Positions 12,931 through 26,189 of a stretch of 64,000 nt of DNA are shown one piece after another. The stretch spans positions 65,863,671-65,927,670 of the forward strand of contig JAUZTB010000107.1 of the NCBI GenBank assembly GCA_034780895.1. Direction: 5' to 3'. The DNA comes from Rhynchobatus australiae. Taxonomy: Eukaryota. The stretch's first letter is position 1. Each line of letters starts with the position of its first letter. The notes beneath the pieces are model-generated. The model was not told the origin of the DNA, made no database searches, and saw only the letters and a list, made by a program, of their open reading frames with translations. The position numbers and the translations under genes were made by a program.

Positions 12931-13172
12931 TTGGCAAAACTGGTGGCATAGAACTATGAAAATTTTGCATTCGACTCATAGCTGTACAAAGCTTGCACTT
13001 AAGCGAACACCCTTTAATGCAAACTGAAAGCATCTTTAGTTTTGTTATCCTCACAGTAGGAGGCAATATTTCAATGGTTATTGTGATAATTGTGGAAATT
13101 CTGAAATAAAAATGGTTGAAGCATTCCAACTACATGCTAAAAAAACATGAAATTCAATCTCATATCCAACTA

Positions 13173-13487
13173 CAAGTCATCCCTAGTAATGGACAGGTTC
13201 TGTTTTTACAGATTTTCTTAAGTCAATTTTGTCCTTAAGTAGGAAAATATACAAAAATCACTCTATATGATAACCACACCTCTACAGTATTGTAATGAAT
13301 GGCATCACGAGCACGTTATTTAAAGGGGGGGGGGGGAGGGAGACCGGGCGGGGGAGGGAGGCAAGGGGTTGGAGCATATGTAGGAACAAACATGTACATA
13401 TCTGGCTTTTGAAATTAAGAATATTATGAGATTTCATTCATCTGTAGGGGGTGTCCATAACTCAGGCCTTAACACAGGAAGATCTTG
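13173..13487. mobile_element. Tigger/pogo-like MITE
   Basis: TA|caagtcatccctagtaa ... aacacaggaagatcttg|TA: degenerate TIRs with TA flanks and a G-rich insert at about 13324-13372. Confidence 0.55.
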
Positions 13488-13905
13488 TATGCATCAATGA
13501 TGTATAACCAGTTACTGTATTTAAGTAAACCAGTTTTTCCTGAAAGACTACATGTGCTAGCTCTAGATGATACTACAAAATGATCCCATGAAGAAATTTA
13601 CATTTGCTTCACAAGGTTTAAATATGAAATGTAGCTGAAGCTCTGAACAATGTGTGTGAATTACACAAAAAAGGTATGGAAGAAATAAACCTTTTTGGCT
13701 TTGTAAGATGAGAAAACAAAGTTGATCTGGAAAAGAATTTTTATGCTATGAAAAAGCAATAAAAGTACGAGCAATAATTCAAAATTAAAGGATTCAAGGA
13801 TGTGCGGCTGAAAATGATCACCAAAGTTGGGTGCATCAAAACAATGGAAAAAGGCCAAAGTACCTAGTGGAACACCTGGATGTCAGATTACAAGAAATCT
13901 CAAGG

Positions 13906-14060
13906 GACACAAAAGACTGCAGATGCTGGAACATGGAACCAACAATCTGCTGGACGATTTTGACAGAACAAGCAGCATCTGTGTGGGGGGGTGGGGGGGA
14001 ATTATTGACTTTTGGGGAAGAAGCCCTGCATCAGAGTCCTCCAGCAGATTGTTTGTTGCT
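13906..14060. repeat. PLE foldback mini-element with most of the right arm deleted
   Basis: acacaaaagactgcagatgctgga...aacaatctgctgga ... tccagcagattgtttgttgct; same family as 9050-9286. Confidence 0.75.
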
Positions 14061-16289
14061 ATTAGAAATCTCCATTTGTGCTTCCACATGATATCAAATG
14101 ATTTCTACAAATGATAAAAAAAAAGGCAGCTCCTCTGAAATACACAAGTGGTAGGTTAAAATAATTAAGATCAGATAATGCAGATTTCTAAAATCACATC
14201 CCAAAATTCAAACCGAACAATATACTGATCTATGCTTTGAAACCAAACACAAGTATAAAGTGCAACAACACCTAGAACCTTGAATGAGGTATATGGGGAT
14301 TAAAATTGTAAAATTTGATGAAAATAAATAATTGGAGGAAGATTGATCAGCAACTTATCATGGATACAATGTCTGGCTTTAATAGTGAGCATGCAACATA
14401 CATACATGACTAAAGCTAAAAAGCAAGCATAACAAAGGGATTCACGAAGAAATGTGAAACCTAAGGAGAGAATAAGGGATGTACACATCCTGCAGCAAGA
14501 ATACACAAAAAAAAGAGGTAGTCAGAGGTGAAGAAAAAGACTTGGAAGATATAGTAATCTTAAAAAGCTATAAATTCTTTCCCCACAAATGGGGAAACTA
14601 CAATGAGAATGAGAGATGGAAACAGGCCTGCAAATGAGCACAAGACCATGAATATTCACAATGAACAACATGCCTTCTCCAAGCAAAAATATTCCAGGTA
14701 AAATCATTTGTGTAACATTAAAATTCTTAGGGACAAAAAGAACTGCATTTACACATATCTTTTCAGAAACTCAGGATATACTATGCACTTTACAGCCAGT
14801 GAATGCACATGTGACAAACAGGGAACATTCGACCAATTTGCACATAACAATGCCCCACAAAAATGAAAAGACAATCTATTTAACAACTAAGAAACTAACA
14901 AAGTATTTATTTATAACCAAGGAAGTGTGGACTCTTGGCTTGGTGATGGGTTAACTATTTGGTTATGAAGACATAAAAGAATTTTAGTGCAGAGTGGGTA
15001 CATGGTTGACCCTAAATATGAGTCTGACTTCACAGTGATCACCAATGGGCCTTAAAGTAACAAAAGTTTAAGGGTAGAGAAAAAAGGTTAAGGAACTTTC
15101 AAGTGCAGAACTAAAGAACACATTTTAAACTGAAAAAAATACATGCAGGAAACCAAGGAAATTTTAACTGTTGGAAAAAAGTGGCATATTAGTTACTTGC
15201 AAAGCAGTTTACCATTATGAGAACAAATGGATTATTTATAGTGGAGGAACAGCTTCTGGCCAAGAGCCATTTATATGTACATGCAGAAGTGTGAGGGATA
15301 TAGTTCAAGATGCAAACTCTCACTCTTTGCATTAATTTACTACAAAAATAATGAATGCAGAATCTTCAAGTAAATTCTACATCTAGTTGAAAGGCATTAC
15401 TTCCTATTTCAGGAAAGGTAAGCCTCAAGTGTATTGTTGAAACATATTGCTTTAACCACTGATCTTTACGGAGCGATGTCAAAATATCATACAAATATTT
15501 ATGAACACAGATGTAACAACCAAATCACAAAAGTGCTTAAACAGCCTCATATTCTGAACAATTTCACACTAAGATTTATCTCTGCTGCAGATTAACTGTG
15601 ATTTAATGACATCAGGGAAGGTACACTAATTGTTTTGGCAGCCTTAACCAGCAGAAGTCGCAGTATCCATTACCTAATAAATGAAATAGTTTTCTCAAGT
15701 GTACACAAGATTTTTTTTCAACAAAACAGCACTTTGAACCGCTAATCTGTTACTGAAGATTATTCCAATAATATTTAAATAATAAATTGGTGTACAGGGA
15801 CATTGAAAGATGCACTTAATCCTGACAAATATTCTAAAACAGGGTGAAGTTAGGATTAACTGCAAACTGCAATTGAGCTCCTGAATGAAAATACATTAGG
15901 GCTTTATGTCTAGGATTCATTTTTAAGGGTACAATACTATACATCACAAAGACAATGGGAAACAATCTGATCCTCTGAGCCATTGAAAGAATAAATATAT
16001 ACCAGAGCATTGTCAGAAAATATTTCTAGTTCATACAGGTCATGTGTCCTGTAGATAAAAATAAACCTGCTGCTGTGCTTGGCTTGCTACCAGCATCATT
16101 CGTCTTTGTTGAGCAAAATCTGAATAATTAAGTATGTGTAAACTACATTTTACCAGAATGAGCTTAAGAATAAGCAAAGTCAAATTAAAATATAACAGTA
16201 GACCTGGCTTAGCTTTATATTTTATAGATTCATTTGGAAAAGTTACTTGTTATTAACATATTTCTTGATGTTCTTTCTGAAAACAAGAA

Positions 16290-17640
16290 TATCCTCATCC
16301 TCAATGACTGCAAGGCCCCACAAAGCTGACGCATTTGCAACCGTGTTAGCCAAAGTACCAACAGATGACGCAACTCAGATTCCTCCTGAGACCCCCGCTA
16401 CCACAGAAATCGGTCTTCAGCCAATTCATGCACTCCATGTTATGTCAAGAAATGGCTAAGAGCATTGGATACGACAAAAGGTTACAGGAAAAGACAATAT
16501 CCCAACTACAGTTCCAAAACCCTGTGGTCAAAAACTAGGTATATATCTACTTCAGTTGTTCCATTAAAATTACAACACTGATATCTACAGTAAGTATGAA
16601 AAACTGTCCAGGTATGTTCTATTCACAAAACACATACAATCCAGCTAATTACTGCCCTATCCATAATTTTCAATTATCAACAATGTGATGGAAGGTATAA
16701 TCACTGATAGCAAACAGCATTCACTTACCATTAACCTACTCACTGTTAGTATATCTGGGTTTCTCTGAATTGAATGCAGACTTGGCCCAAGCTTGGAATA
16801 AAGCTTAATTTCACAGGTTAGGTGACACTGATTGACTTGACATCAAGGCAACAATTGTGCAAGAGTGGAGTCAAGGTATCCAGGTAAAACTAAAGTCAGT
16901 GAACATCAAGGTGAGAATATTCTCGTGATTAGAGTCACACCTCGCACTAAGGAAGATGACTGTGGTTGTTGAAGCTCAAATTCAGCCTCAGAAAATTATC
17001 ACAGAATTTCTTCAGAGCAGAGTCCAAGGCCCAGCCATCTATATTTGTTTTATCAATGACCTTTCCTCCAAGTCAGATGTCGAGATATTAGCTGATAATT
17101 GCACAATGTTCAATGCGATTTATAGTTTCCCAGTAAATGAAGTGATCCATGCTTGCATACAACAAAACTTCGACAACACTAAGGTGTTGACCGCTCAGTC
17201 ACAAAATTGATGGGCAATAGTGTCCAGCAACCTACCCTTGACATTCCATAATGTTACCATGAACATCTTGGGGGGGGGGGGGGGGGGGCCGCACCCAACC
17301 CAAAANNNNNNNNNNNNNNNNNNNNNNNNNNNNNNNNNNNNNNNACTCACCCAAAACTGGACCCAACCACATAAATACTGTGGCCACAAGAAAAATACAC
17401 TATATACACAACATACTTTCTGCTTGTCCGGATGAGTGCAGTTCCAACAGATCACAGGAAGTTCAGCAACATCCACGAGAAAGCAGCCTATTAATTGCTA
17501 CTTTATTAATTAGCCTATGCTTCTTTGACTGCTCCTCCCAAACCAACAACCTCTTCCACCAAGGACAGAAGAAGATCTGTGGGAACACCACCACCTGAAG
17601 GTTCCTCTCCAAGTTGCACACCACCCTAACTTGGAAATAT
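16290..17640 (+). mobile_element. Decayed CR1/L2-group LINE ORF2 (RT region)
   Basis: HKADAFATVLA...PPETPATTEIGLQPI; NPANYCPI; LDIKA; LQSRVQGPAIYICFINDL...ILADNCTMF (PQGSVLGP...FADD); QNWT.HIN. Confidence 0.85.
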
Positions 17641-17699
17641 GAAGGATGAGGATCGGGGAAAATGGAAGGTTAAGGAGATTGGTCACTGAAAAGGGAACA

Positions 17700-18210
17700 A
17701 TCAGACAAGTGGAGAAGCCAGGGGCATAAAGACTCTTAGTGGTTGTCAGTGATTAAAGCTGAATTGGAAGAAGTTCAGCTTGGGTGAAGTACTATCGAAT
17801 ACTTTACTGAGAATGATGGACACAAGACTGGGCTCTGATTCAACCACAGGGACAAAGATGAAGCATGGCCGGACTTCAGTGGTGTTAGTGAAGGGATGCA
17901 TGTCCAAGACTATTCAGTATCTGGACCTCAAGATTACACTAGATGGATTGAGCCTGGTAGTGAGAGAATATGGAGTGAATGAAGTATGACAAACTGGAGG
18001 AGTTCTTGTTCTGCTAGTTGAATAATATGAACATTTGAGGACTCAAGATCTAGTCTATTGGGGAAATGGTTAAGCAGAAGTCCCAAGCTAAAAGAGCAGA
18101 TGAAAAACAAAAGCAGATGAAGAAATTTGGGATGGTCTGGAGTTGGATAGAAGAGGTGCTGCTGCAGGAATTTCTGAGAAAGGGTATGCTGGATTTTTTT
18201 TGAGAACACT
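17700..18210 (+). mobile_element. Old CR1-like endonuclease fragment
   Basis: HVQDYSV and GLSLVVRE resemble IQGY...GGGVALLVKE; ends with an EFL...FF motif. Weak. Confidence 0.4.
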
Positions 18211-18939
18211 TTACATACGTCACAAATTTGACTTCCACTTTTTCATGATTTGTTGTTCAAAATGAAAGCTGGAAGAAAAGGCATCAAAATTGTTTATGCT
18301 ATTTGTAGTGTCTTATCTTCCTGGTGAGTCATCTGTATACTGACAAATGCAGTCAATTACAGTAATATTAAGTTAGTTGAGCCAATCATAGTCGTGTTGC
18401 TGCTGACACAATGCCCTTGGGTGTGGCAGTAAACATGACACAGCAGACAAAATCTCATTTTAATAAGTAGTTGATTCAAAAGTATAATGAAATATACACC
18501 ATTGGGGAAAACCAGCTCTAAAATGATTCCCAAACACTTCATTGCAAACTGAAAATGGCTGTCTGAATAAGCTGTTAACACGAGATGCAGTGAACATTTT
18601 GGGTATTCCCCAATAAGCAATTATCACTTAAGGTTAATTATTAAGCAAGAACTATTCTGATTCAATGCAGTAGAGAATAAAGATGCAGGGTTCAGCTCAT
18701 TAAAGTCTCTATTGACTTGGGGAAATGTGAAGTCATGTGTAGGAGGGAACAGTGTACGAGAAAGCCTGAATTGCAGTACACGTATAGTTCGCAGTAAATT
18801 AGATTATTTTTGATTCAGGGCACCTCAGATTTTTATTTGAGCAATCCTACCAATTGTGCTCCTTTCCTCTTCATGTTTGAGTCAGTTCCCTGGATAAGAG
18901 GATTTGGAGATAAAAACTCCAAGAAAAATGGAGGGAACA

Positions 18940-19350
18940 GTTTCAACCACTTGCATGTGCCCTATCTGACCATAAAAATGTCTTTGACTCTTTCAACCAA
19001 ATGGAATTTCTCAAATTTCTCTGTCGTCAGACATTTGTCCCTTTACAATGTCCCCTACGTGATGACAGGGAAGCCACAATTCCAACAAGCTCAGAGACCC
19101 AATTCCAGTGTAGACTGGGGTCATCCAAGGTTGCATCATTGCTCCAGCTGTCATCAATCTTTTCCACTGCAAAGTGCACCTTAGCCCTAACAAGCTTTTC
19201 AATGGGGTGGAGCTAATCTACATGATAAATGGGAAACTCTTCAACCTCTGTCTCCTCTACTACAGAATCAAGGTCACTCCAATCTTAATCATACAGTATA
19301 CAGACAATACTTTCATACTTGTACACTCAGAAGCTGAGCTCCAAGTCCAA
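18940..19350 (+). mobile_element. RTE-clade LINE RT fragment
   Basis: TGVIQGCIIAP; ORF NKLFNGVELIYMINGKLFNL...IQYTDN...HSEAELQ. Confidence 0.85.
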
Positions 19351-19419
19351 AGGTAAAGTTCTGAAATTATTTCTCACAGTTAACATGGCTAGTTTCAGTC
19401 AGCCTGTGTGATGCCTCCT

Positions 19420-19785
19420 TTTATAAGGCACTTGGCTTTGTTGTACTTCCTAACTGATGCCGTTGCGAGACTGAGAAAGCTGGGATTGTACATTTTAACA
19501 GAAATAAGTGTTGAGCTCTGTGGGCCCATTGCAGACCACAAAATAGTTTACAAAGGAGCCTGTGCCAAAGTACAGAAGTTTGCATCCTCCATTCAAATAG
19601 ATGGAAGAGTGCTGAATTATTTAACAATATTTATTTCTCCATTACCATTGTTCAGGGGTATGTACAAATCAACTTTGATGTTTTACTCCATTTTAAGAGT
19701 GATGACTTCAAAGTACCTCTTTGGCTGTGAAGTGCTTTGGGATGTCCCAAGATCTGGGGCTATTTAAACACAAAATTTGTTTTTT
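19420..19785 (+). mobile_element. Old Deu-domain/L2-tailed SINE
   Basis: Tail acttcaaagtacctctttggctgtgaagtgctttgggatgtccc...gctatttaaacacaa. Confidence 0.55.
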
Positions 19786-20164
19786 TTAAAACTGAACTCA
19801 CTCTGACTGCCCTTATTGATGCTTTACAGTTCTGTTTCAATATTATCAAAACACACAAAATTTAAATATTTCAGCTCAAAGCCCTTTTTCAAATAAAACT
19901 GAATAACTGAGCAGTATCTACTATCATACACATGATGTTCTTCACAGGAAATAGTTCCTATACAGGAAAATAATCAATAGCATACTGTGATGGTTGCAGA
20001 TATAGTAAATGCATATCAATTTCAATTATTTGGCATGAATAGTGTCTTGTGGGTATTTCTGCAGCCCTTCAGGCAGAGCCATAAAATTAAAAGCACTTAA
20101 CAGTTAATGACTTACACATCTAAACATCTGTCCTCACAATTTGATTTTTTTTGTGCATTATGAA

Positions 20165-20590
20165 TAAAGGTGCTTTACACAGGAACAGTATCAAACAAAA
20201 TTTGACACCAGGCCACAAAGTAACATTAACATGGGTCAATGAGATAGTGTTAAGGAATGTTTCAATGGTGACAGAGGAGAGGTACAAGTTGGGAATTCCA
20301 GCAGCTGAAAGAAAATAAGAATGGTAAAATTATGGAAATTAAACCGTACACAAGCTGGAATTGAAGAACAGCAAACATCTCAAAATTCCAGGAGATTTTA
20401 AGATGACAAAAATTATATTAAGTTCCAAACTGCCATACCAGAAGGCAACTTTGATAAGTACAGTAGTGACGGTCAGATTTGGAGAATATTATAGCAGTAA
20501 ATCTTTGGATGAACTCAAATTTGAGGATAGGGGGTAGAAAAGTAGGCAGCTGGCAAAGAAAACACTGAAATAGTCAAGTCTGGAGGACGA
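20165..20590 (-). mobile_element. L2 LINE 3' end fragment
   Basis: aaggtgctttacacaggaacagtatcaaacaaaatttgacacc...gggaattccagcagctgaa...gaaatagtcaagtctggagg. Confidence 0.7.
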
Positions 20591-22194
20591 AGAAAGGGAG
20601 TGTGGGGGTGGGGGAGGGGTGGGATAGAGTGTTGGCTTGTTTCTGTCAATTAGCATGGAACCCAAGAAGGGAAGCTGGGTTTCAGTAGTTGAGTTTAAAT
20701 AGGATTGAGGAAGCAACAACTGATCTCATGTACAAGGTGGATCCAAGGGTTTCATTGTCTATAGGACAAATGTTAAAGTTGCAAGACCATAACTGAGTGA
20801 AGTGCAATGACTGTTAATTAGGAAATGAAGCAGACATCCAACCACTAGCAAACCCTCTATGTCAATGTGATGTTAACAATGAGATCAGAGAAAGTGTTGA
20901 CCACAACAATGGGGAAAAAAGTGCATTTATTTTTCAGTTCCAGAATGACTAGAATAATTAAAAACAAGTTTAGTTTAATTTTACCTTTTCAGAACACCAT
21001 ATGTATACTCAAGTCCAAAAACGACACTGAGCTTCAGCACTTCATCTCAAATCATCCACAAGACAGATCATATCAGGTCATATATTGACAATACCTGAAC
21101 CATTCAGTTGCAAATTCCAAACCTTAGGAATGTCCAGACTGACATAATATTTGGAATGACATCAAATAAAAAGGTAGAGATGAAACAAAAAACAAATCCA
21201 CAAAAAAGTCAACGTAAGGAAAAGCACAAGTGTGCAAAATTAATTATTTCTTGACAGACTTCAAGGCAGTTATATGGGTAAAAAGGATGCACATCAATTT
21301 GTACTTTAACTTGGAGAAAATTGGGAAAAGAAAGGCACCTGACTGGTGCAGTGCAATGATGTTGTGAGGTTCCAGTCCTGATTACTAAATAATCTTCGCA
21401 AACTTCATCGCCATTGAGAAATAATGCAGGAAAATCATTCAACCACTTTGTGCCTTTACTGTTTTGTCCAAATGACCATCTGTTTTATGTCATCTAAGAG
21501 AGTGACCACATGATTAAGCTATCCTAATTCTGTGTCTACACTTTTGAAACTGACTATGTGGCAATCCAAAAAGTGGCAAATTCAAACAGCTCTCCATTTT
21601 TCTAATCCAGGGGTACTGAAAGTAACTCAAGTCCTTACATTGCAAACTGGCTGACAAAAGCAAATCCAATATACGTGAGCACTCAAGTCTGGTCTGCATA
21701 CTGCAGCTCAGTTAAACTATGAACCCAACCAATAAAAATGAATCTGTATTTTTCATTCAATAGAGTCCAATTCCAATAAGTTTCTCCACAGCATTTACTG
21801 TTTGGCTAGTCATACTGGGATAATGCTACAATATTATGTGCACAAAGGCCATTGTCTATCAAAATCTAGTGTCTTTCTATGTAAATTGCAGAACCTAGGC
21901 CCCCCACTGGAAGGTCATAAACTATAGAAACACAGAAGTAGATAATGAGAAAATATACTCTCCAAGACTCAACATTCAAAGTTAGGAAAAGAGAATGTTT
22001 CTCCTCCAAAAATGTCAACTTCTTAAATCAGAAAATGAAGGAAATTGCTGTAAGAAATTAACTTTGCTGTGCCTCTTTATTCCAGTATACAGAGCAGTGG
22101 ACCAACCTGGTGTGTACCTCCTAAACCTCAGGGGAAAGTGGTAACATTATCTTAATCTGTGCAAGTAGTTTGATTATTATAGTTCTGANNNNNC

Positions 22195-23270
22195 ATCTGT
22201 GGAACTACATTAAGAGATCCCTAAATAACCTTAAAGAGGAAGACAATGCCTCATACAACAAGGTCCACTAAAATATTAATTGGCATTTGGGAGACCATGA
22301 CTGTAGCACCAATTTTTGAAAACACATCCCATTTGACGAATATAATTTTTTTGATGCAGGAAGAACAGGGTTGATGAGGACATGTGCTGAGTTTCAAAAG
22401 ATATCTAAGTATAACACATTTGTTGGAAAAATTGAAACCCAAGGGACAGTGGCAACACTGATACAAAAATTGGTCAAGGTATAGAAAATAAAAAATATTC
22501 AGTTAAATTTAATTTCAGATTGGAGGATTGCATTCTCAGGAGCCAATATAGTGATATCTATAATTTTTGATACACAATGTTTTAATGATTATACAGGTAA
22601 CAACTTCTCATTATTTATTGTATGTCTGATTTTTGTATCAATCTATACAATTTGAAGTTGGGAACAGAGTTTTTGGATTTCAAAACAAAAATGGTAAGAT
22701 GGTCAGATGTACATCAGATAAAATTTGAAGGCAATAAGTGCAAACTGATGCAGTCTTCCCAACCCAATATATGAAAAATCTTTTTAATGTGTAAAAACAA
22801 GTTGAGAATATTTAAAAATAAGCATCTGGAATTTGTTTTATTAATGGAAGTACAGGGAGCCGAGATTATCACAAACCTTCAATAAAAACTAGTTAAGCCT
22901 CAGCTGGATTACTGTGGTCAGTTCTGGATACCACACTTACGGAAATACAACTAATGGTACTAGTGATAAAGAACCTGTTACGAATGAGTGCTCAAAATCA
23001 TGGATGGTTTTGATAAAGTAAATAAAGAGAAACTGTTTCCTGAAGCTGAAGAATTGCCAAGGATAAAGATTTAAGGTGAGCTGCAAAAAAAAACTGCTGA
23101 GGTCTGCAACTCATTGTCGATTGTGAAATATATTAGTATATTCAAAAGGAAATCAGATATAGATTTTTTTTTGGGGGGGGAGAGTAAAAGGTGGGCAGGG
23201 CAAGGGGAAAAATACAGTTCAAACAATAGCTGATTCTGAATCAGTCATGTGCTGTAAGAATTCCTGTTCC
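22195..23270 (+). mobile_element. Old CR1 RT-to-3' fragment
   Basis: ctagttaagcctcagctggattactgtggtcagttctggataccacactta reads LVKPQLDYCGQFWIPHL; further CR1 motifs lie upstream. Confidence 0.7.
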
Positions 23271-23679
23271 TGATTTTGTACTTGTGACAAAGTCGTTGCC
23301 AGTTTTTGCTATCAGTAAACCATAAATTCGTTCAAGTAGAATTGTGCAGAGAAAGACGAAATCTAGTCGCAGTCAGTNNNNNNNNNNATTCCCCGTGCCT
23401 CTTCATGGCTTGTTACTTTGCCTTTCCTTACCCAATCATGAAAAATCCAGTGGCCTGATGAGAACTTGAGGTATTTGTGAATTAATTTTTCTGCCAAGTC
23501 CTCCAAAAATGCTATTCTATATTGCACAAGATCTCTCAGTTTCTAACTGTATACCACACAATTAATCTTTAGCGAACTCTCTGGCCTTTAGTTTTATATC
23601 TGTGGATTGTAAATCCTTCAGATAAACATCTGGATTGGATTTTAATGGATTGGGTTTTAAAATGGATTTTAAGATGTTA

Positions 23680-25205
23680 TAAAGTCAAAGAGTCAGAGCA
23701 ATATAGTATGGATACATGCCGACCATGGTGCCCACCCAGCTAGCCGCAATTTCCTGCATTCGGCCCATGTCCCTGTAATCCCCACCCTTCCAAGAGGCTA
23801 TTCAAGTGCTTTGTAAATGATACTATTGTACCTGCCTCAGCCACCGTTCCATATACTCACCACCCTCTGTGTTGAAAAAGTTGTCCTCAGCTTCCTTTTA
23901 AATCTTTCCCTTCTCACCCCAAATCCATGTCCCCTAGATTTGGACTCCCCTACCCTGGGGAAAAGACTTACCATCCACCTTATCTATGCCTCTCATAATA
24001 TTAAACATTTCTGTAAAGTCACCCTTCATTCTCCTATGATCCAAGAAATAAAGACTTAGCCTGGCCAACCTCTCCCTATAACTCAGGCCCTCTAGTCCTG
24101 GCAGCATCTTGGAAATCTTTCCTGCACTCTTTCCAGTTTAGCCATGTCTTTCGTATAACAGGGTGACCAAAACTGTACAGAGTACTCAAGTGCAGCCTCA
24201 CCAACGAGTTGTACAACTGCAACACAAGCCCTAACTCAATGCCCTGACTGAAGCCCAGCATGCTAAAGCCTTTTTAACGACACGTCTACCTGTGATGCCA
24301 CTTTCAACAAGTTATGCACTTANNNNNNNNNNNNNNNNNNNNNNNNNNNNNNNNNNNNNNNNNNNNNNNNNNNNNNNNNNNNNNNNNNNNNNNNNNNNNN
24401 NNNNNNNNNNNNNNNNNNNNNNACGACACGTCTACCTGTGATGCCACTTTCAACAAGTTATGCACTTATACTCCTAGATCACTCTGTTCTATTACACTCC
24501 CTACCATTCATGATGCAAGTCCAATGCTGGTTGACTTTCCAAAATGCATCACCTCACACTTATCTGTATTGAAATCCATTTGCCAGTTCTCGGCCCACGT
24601 CTCTAACTGATTAAAGTCCCCCTGTAATCTTCAATAACCTTCTTCACTATCAACACCTCCTGATTTCGTGTCATCCACAAACTTACTGATCAAACCTTAT
24701 GCATTAGCAACCAAATCATTTACACAAATAACAAGGTCCCCAACACCTGTGCAAACCACTGGTCCTCCATTCTGAGAAACAACCTTCAACCACCACCCTC
24801 TGTATCCTACCTCCAAGCCAATTTTGAATCCACCTAACTGGCACTCCCTGGATTCCATGGGATCTAGCCTACCAGACCAGCCTACCATATGGGATCTCAT
24901 TGAAGGCCTTGCTAAAGTCCAGAAGTCCAAATAGACATCATCCACTGCCTTACCTTCACCTACCTTTTTGGTTACCTCTTCAAAAATCTCAAAGGTTCAT
25001 CAAGCACAACTTTCCACACAGAAAGCCGTGCTGACTCCTCCTAATCAGACTGTCTATCCAAATGCTGGTAGATCCTGTCCCTCGTGATTCTCTCCAGTAA
25101 CTTCCCCACTACTGATGTCAGGCTGACCAGCTTGTTGTTTAAGAAGGGTAGCAAGGACAAGCCAGGGAACAACAGAATGACATTAGCCACCTTCCAGTCT
25201 TTGGG
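23680..25205 (-). mobile_element. CR1 LINE (RT through 3' tail), relatively young
   Basis: Minus ORFs LQLYNSLVRLHL..., DDVYLDF... and VICVNDLVAN; 3' tail at about 23680. Confidence 0.92.
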
Positions 25206-25574
25206 AACTGTTATGCTATTTCATCTTCAACCTCATTGTACAAGAGCCAATTTTTATTTCACAGTTTAATAGTGTGAAAATTTCACATCCAGGTTTGTAG
25301 TTTAAGAATTCTCTGATGTGATAACTTCTTCTGGATGTCAGAGATTGCATAGAACTGAAGCTTGACACAACTCACACCTCTGAATCACAGTTCTTTATGC
25401 CAAACTTTCTTCTCCACTCTTCATTATGTATTGCCAAGTTCAGTCCTGAAATTCCATATTCATCTTAGACTGCTCAACAGCTAGCCTCAGCACGATCAAT
25501 TTAGGAAGAAAATTATTCAGGACTGGGTGAAGACAAGGTGTTTGATGTAACATTGAAGTGGAGAAGTCAAGGTA

Positions 25575-25665
25575 GTTGCAGGGTTTTGGCCCAAAATATT
25601 TACCATCCCTTTGCTCTACAGATGTTGTTTGACCCATTGAGTTCCGCAGCAGTTTGCATTTTACT
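25575..25665 (+). repeat. PLE terminal-repeat fragment
   Basis: gcagggttttggcccaaaatatt...acagatgttgtttgacccattgagttccgcagcagtttg. Confidence 0.65.
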
Positions 25666-25689
25666 CGTATGTTTGGAAAGCTCTTAGTG

Positions 25690-26010
25690 ATAATGAAGTA
25701 TGTTTGCAAATCTGCAGCGCAAAGCTCGACACAGATGGGATGTACTCTGTATTTGTGAATTTTGTTTAATTCAGTGCATTTTGTTCTGATATTCAATTGT
25801 GTTATGGGGCACATTAATAAAAGCAGATTGGCTAGAAACCTGAAATGCAGTGAAGTCGACAATCACATCAATTTATTGCAGCTCCAGTTCTGTCAAGTGT
25901 TCGTAAAAGCCAATGTTGGCCTCACTTTTAAACGCAGATCTGATATTGGAATTCATTGAAGTTGTTGGCCTGAAGATGCAAATGCTATCGTGCAAACACA
26001 ATTACTCTGC
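25690..26010. promoter_or_regulatory. Candidate conserved non-coding enhancer
   Basis: Unique sequence retaining about 6 CpGs, with TCGTAAAA and TTTATTG (Hox13/Cdx-type), ATGCAAAT octamer and CCAAT/ATTGG motifs. Confidence 0.45.
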
Positions 26011-26189
26011 AAAAAAAGGATGAAGTTCAGTTTCTTGATTCCAGAGCAAGTTTATAGGAATTGATAGCATTGAAGAAAATGGACAAAAATGCAAAATGTT
26101 TTATATTTCAATGAACTTGCTTTTATGATATAGGCATGAGGCACTGCAAATTATGTTGCAAAATCTTATAAGTAAAAGGAAATAAATTT

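Noticed and set aside
21209-21442. 77-aa minus ORF in unique DNA
   Set aside because: No homology recognised and no convincing splice-site pair.
24277-24468. Exact 46-bp direct repeat (24277-24322 and 24423-24468)
   Set aside because: It flanks a 100-N gap exactly; this is an unmerged contig overlap, not a TSD or CRISPR-like repeat.
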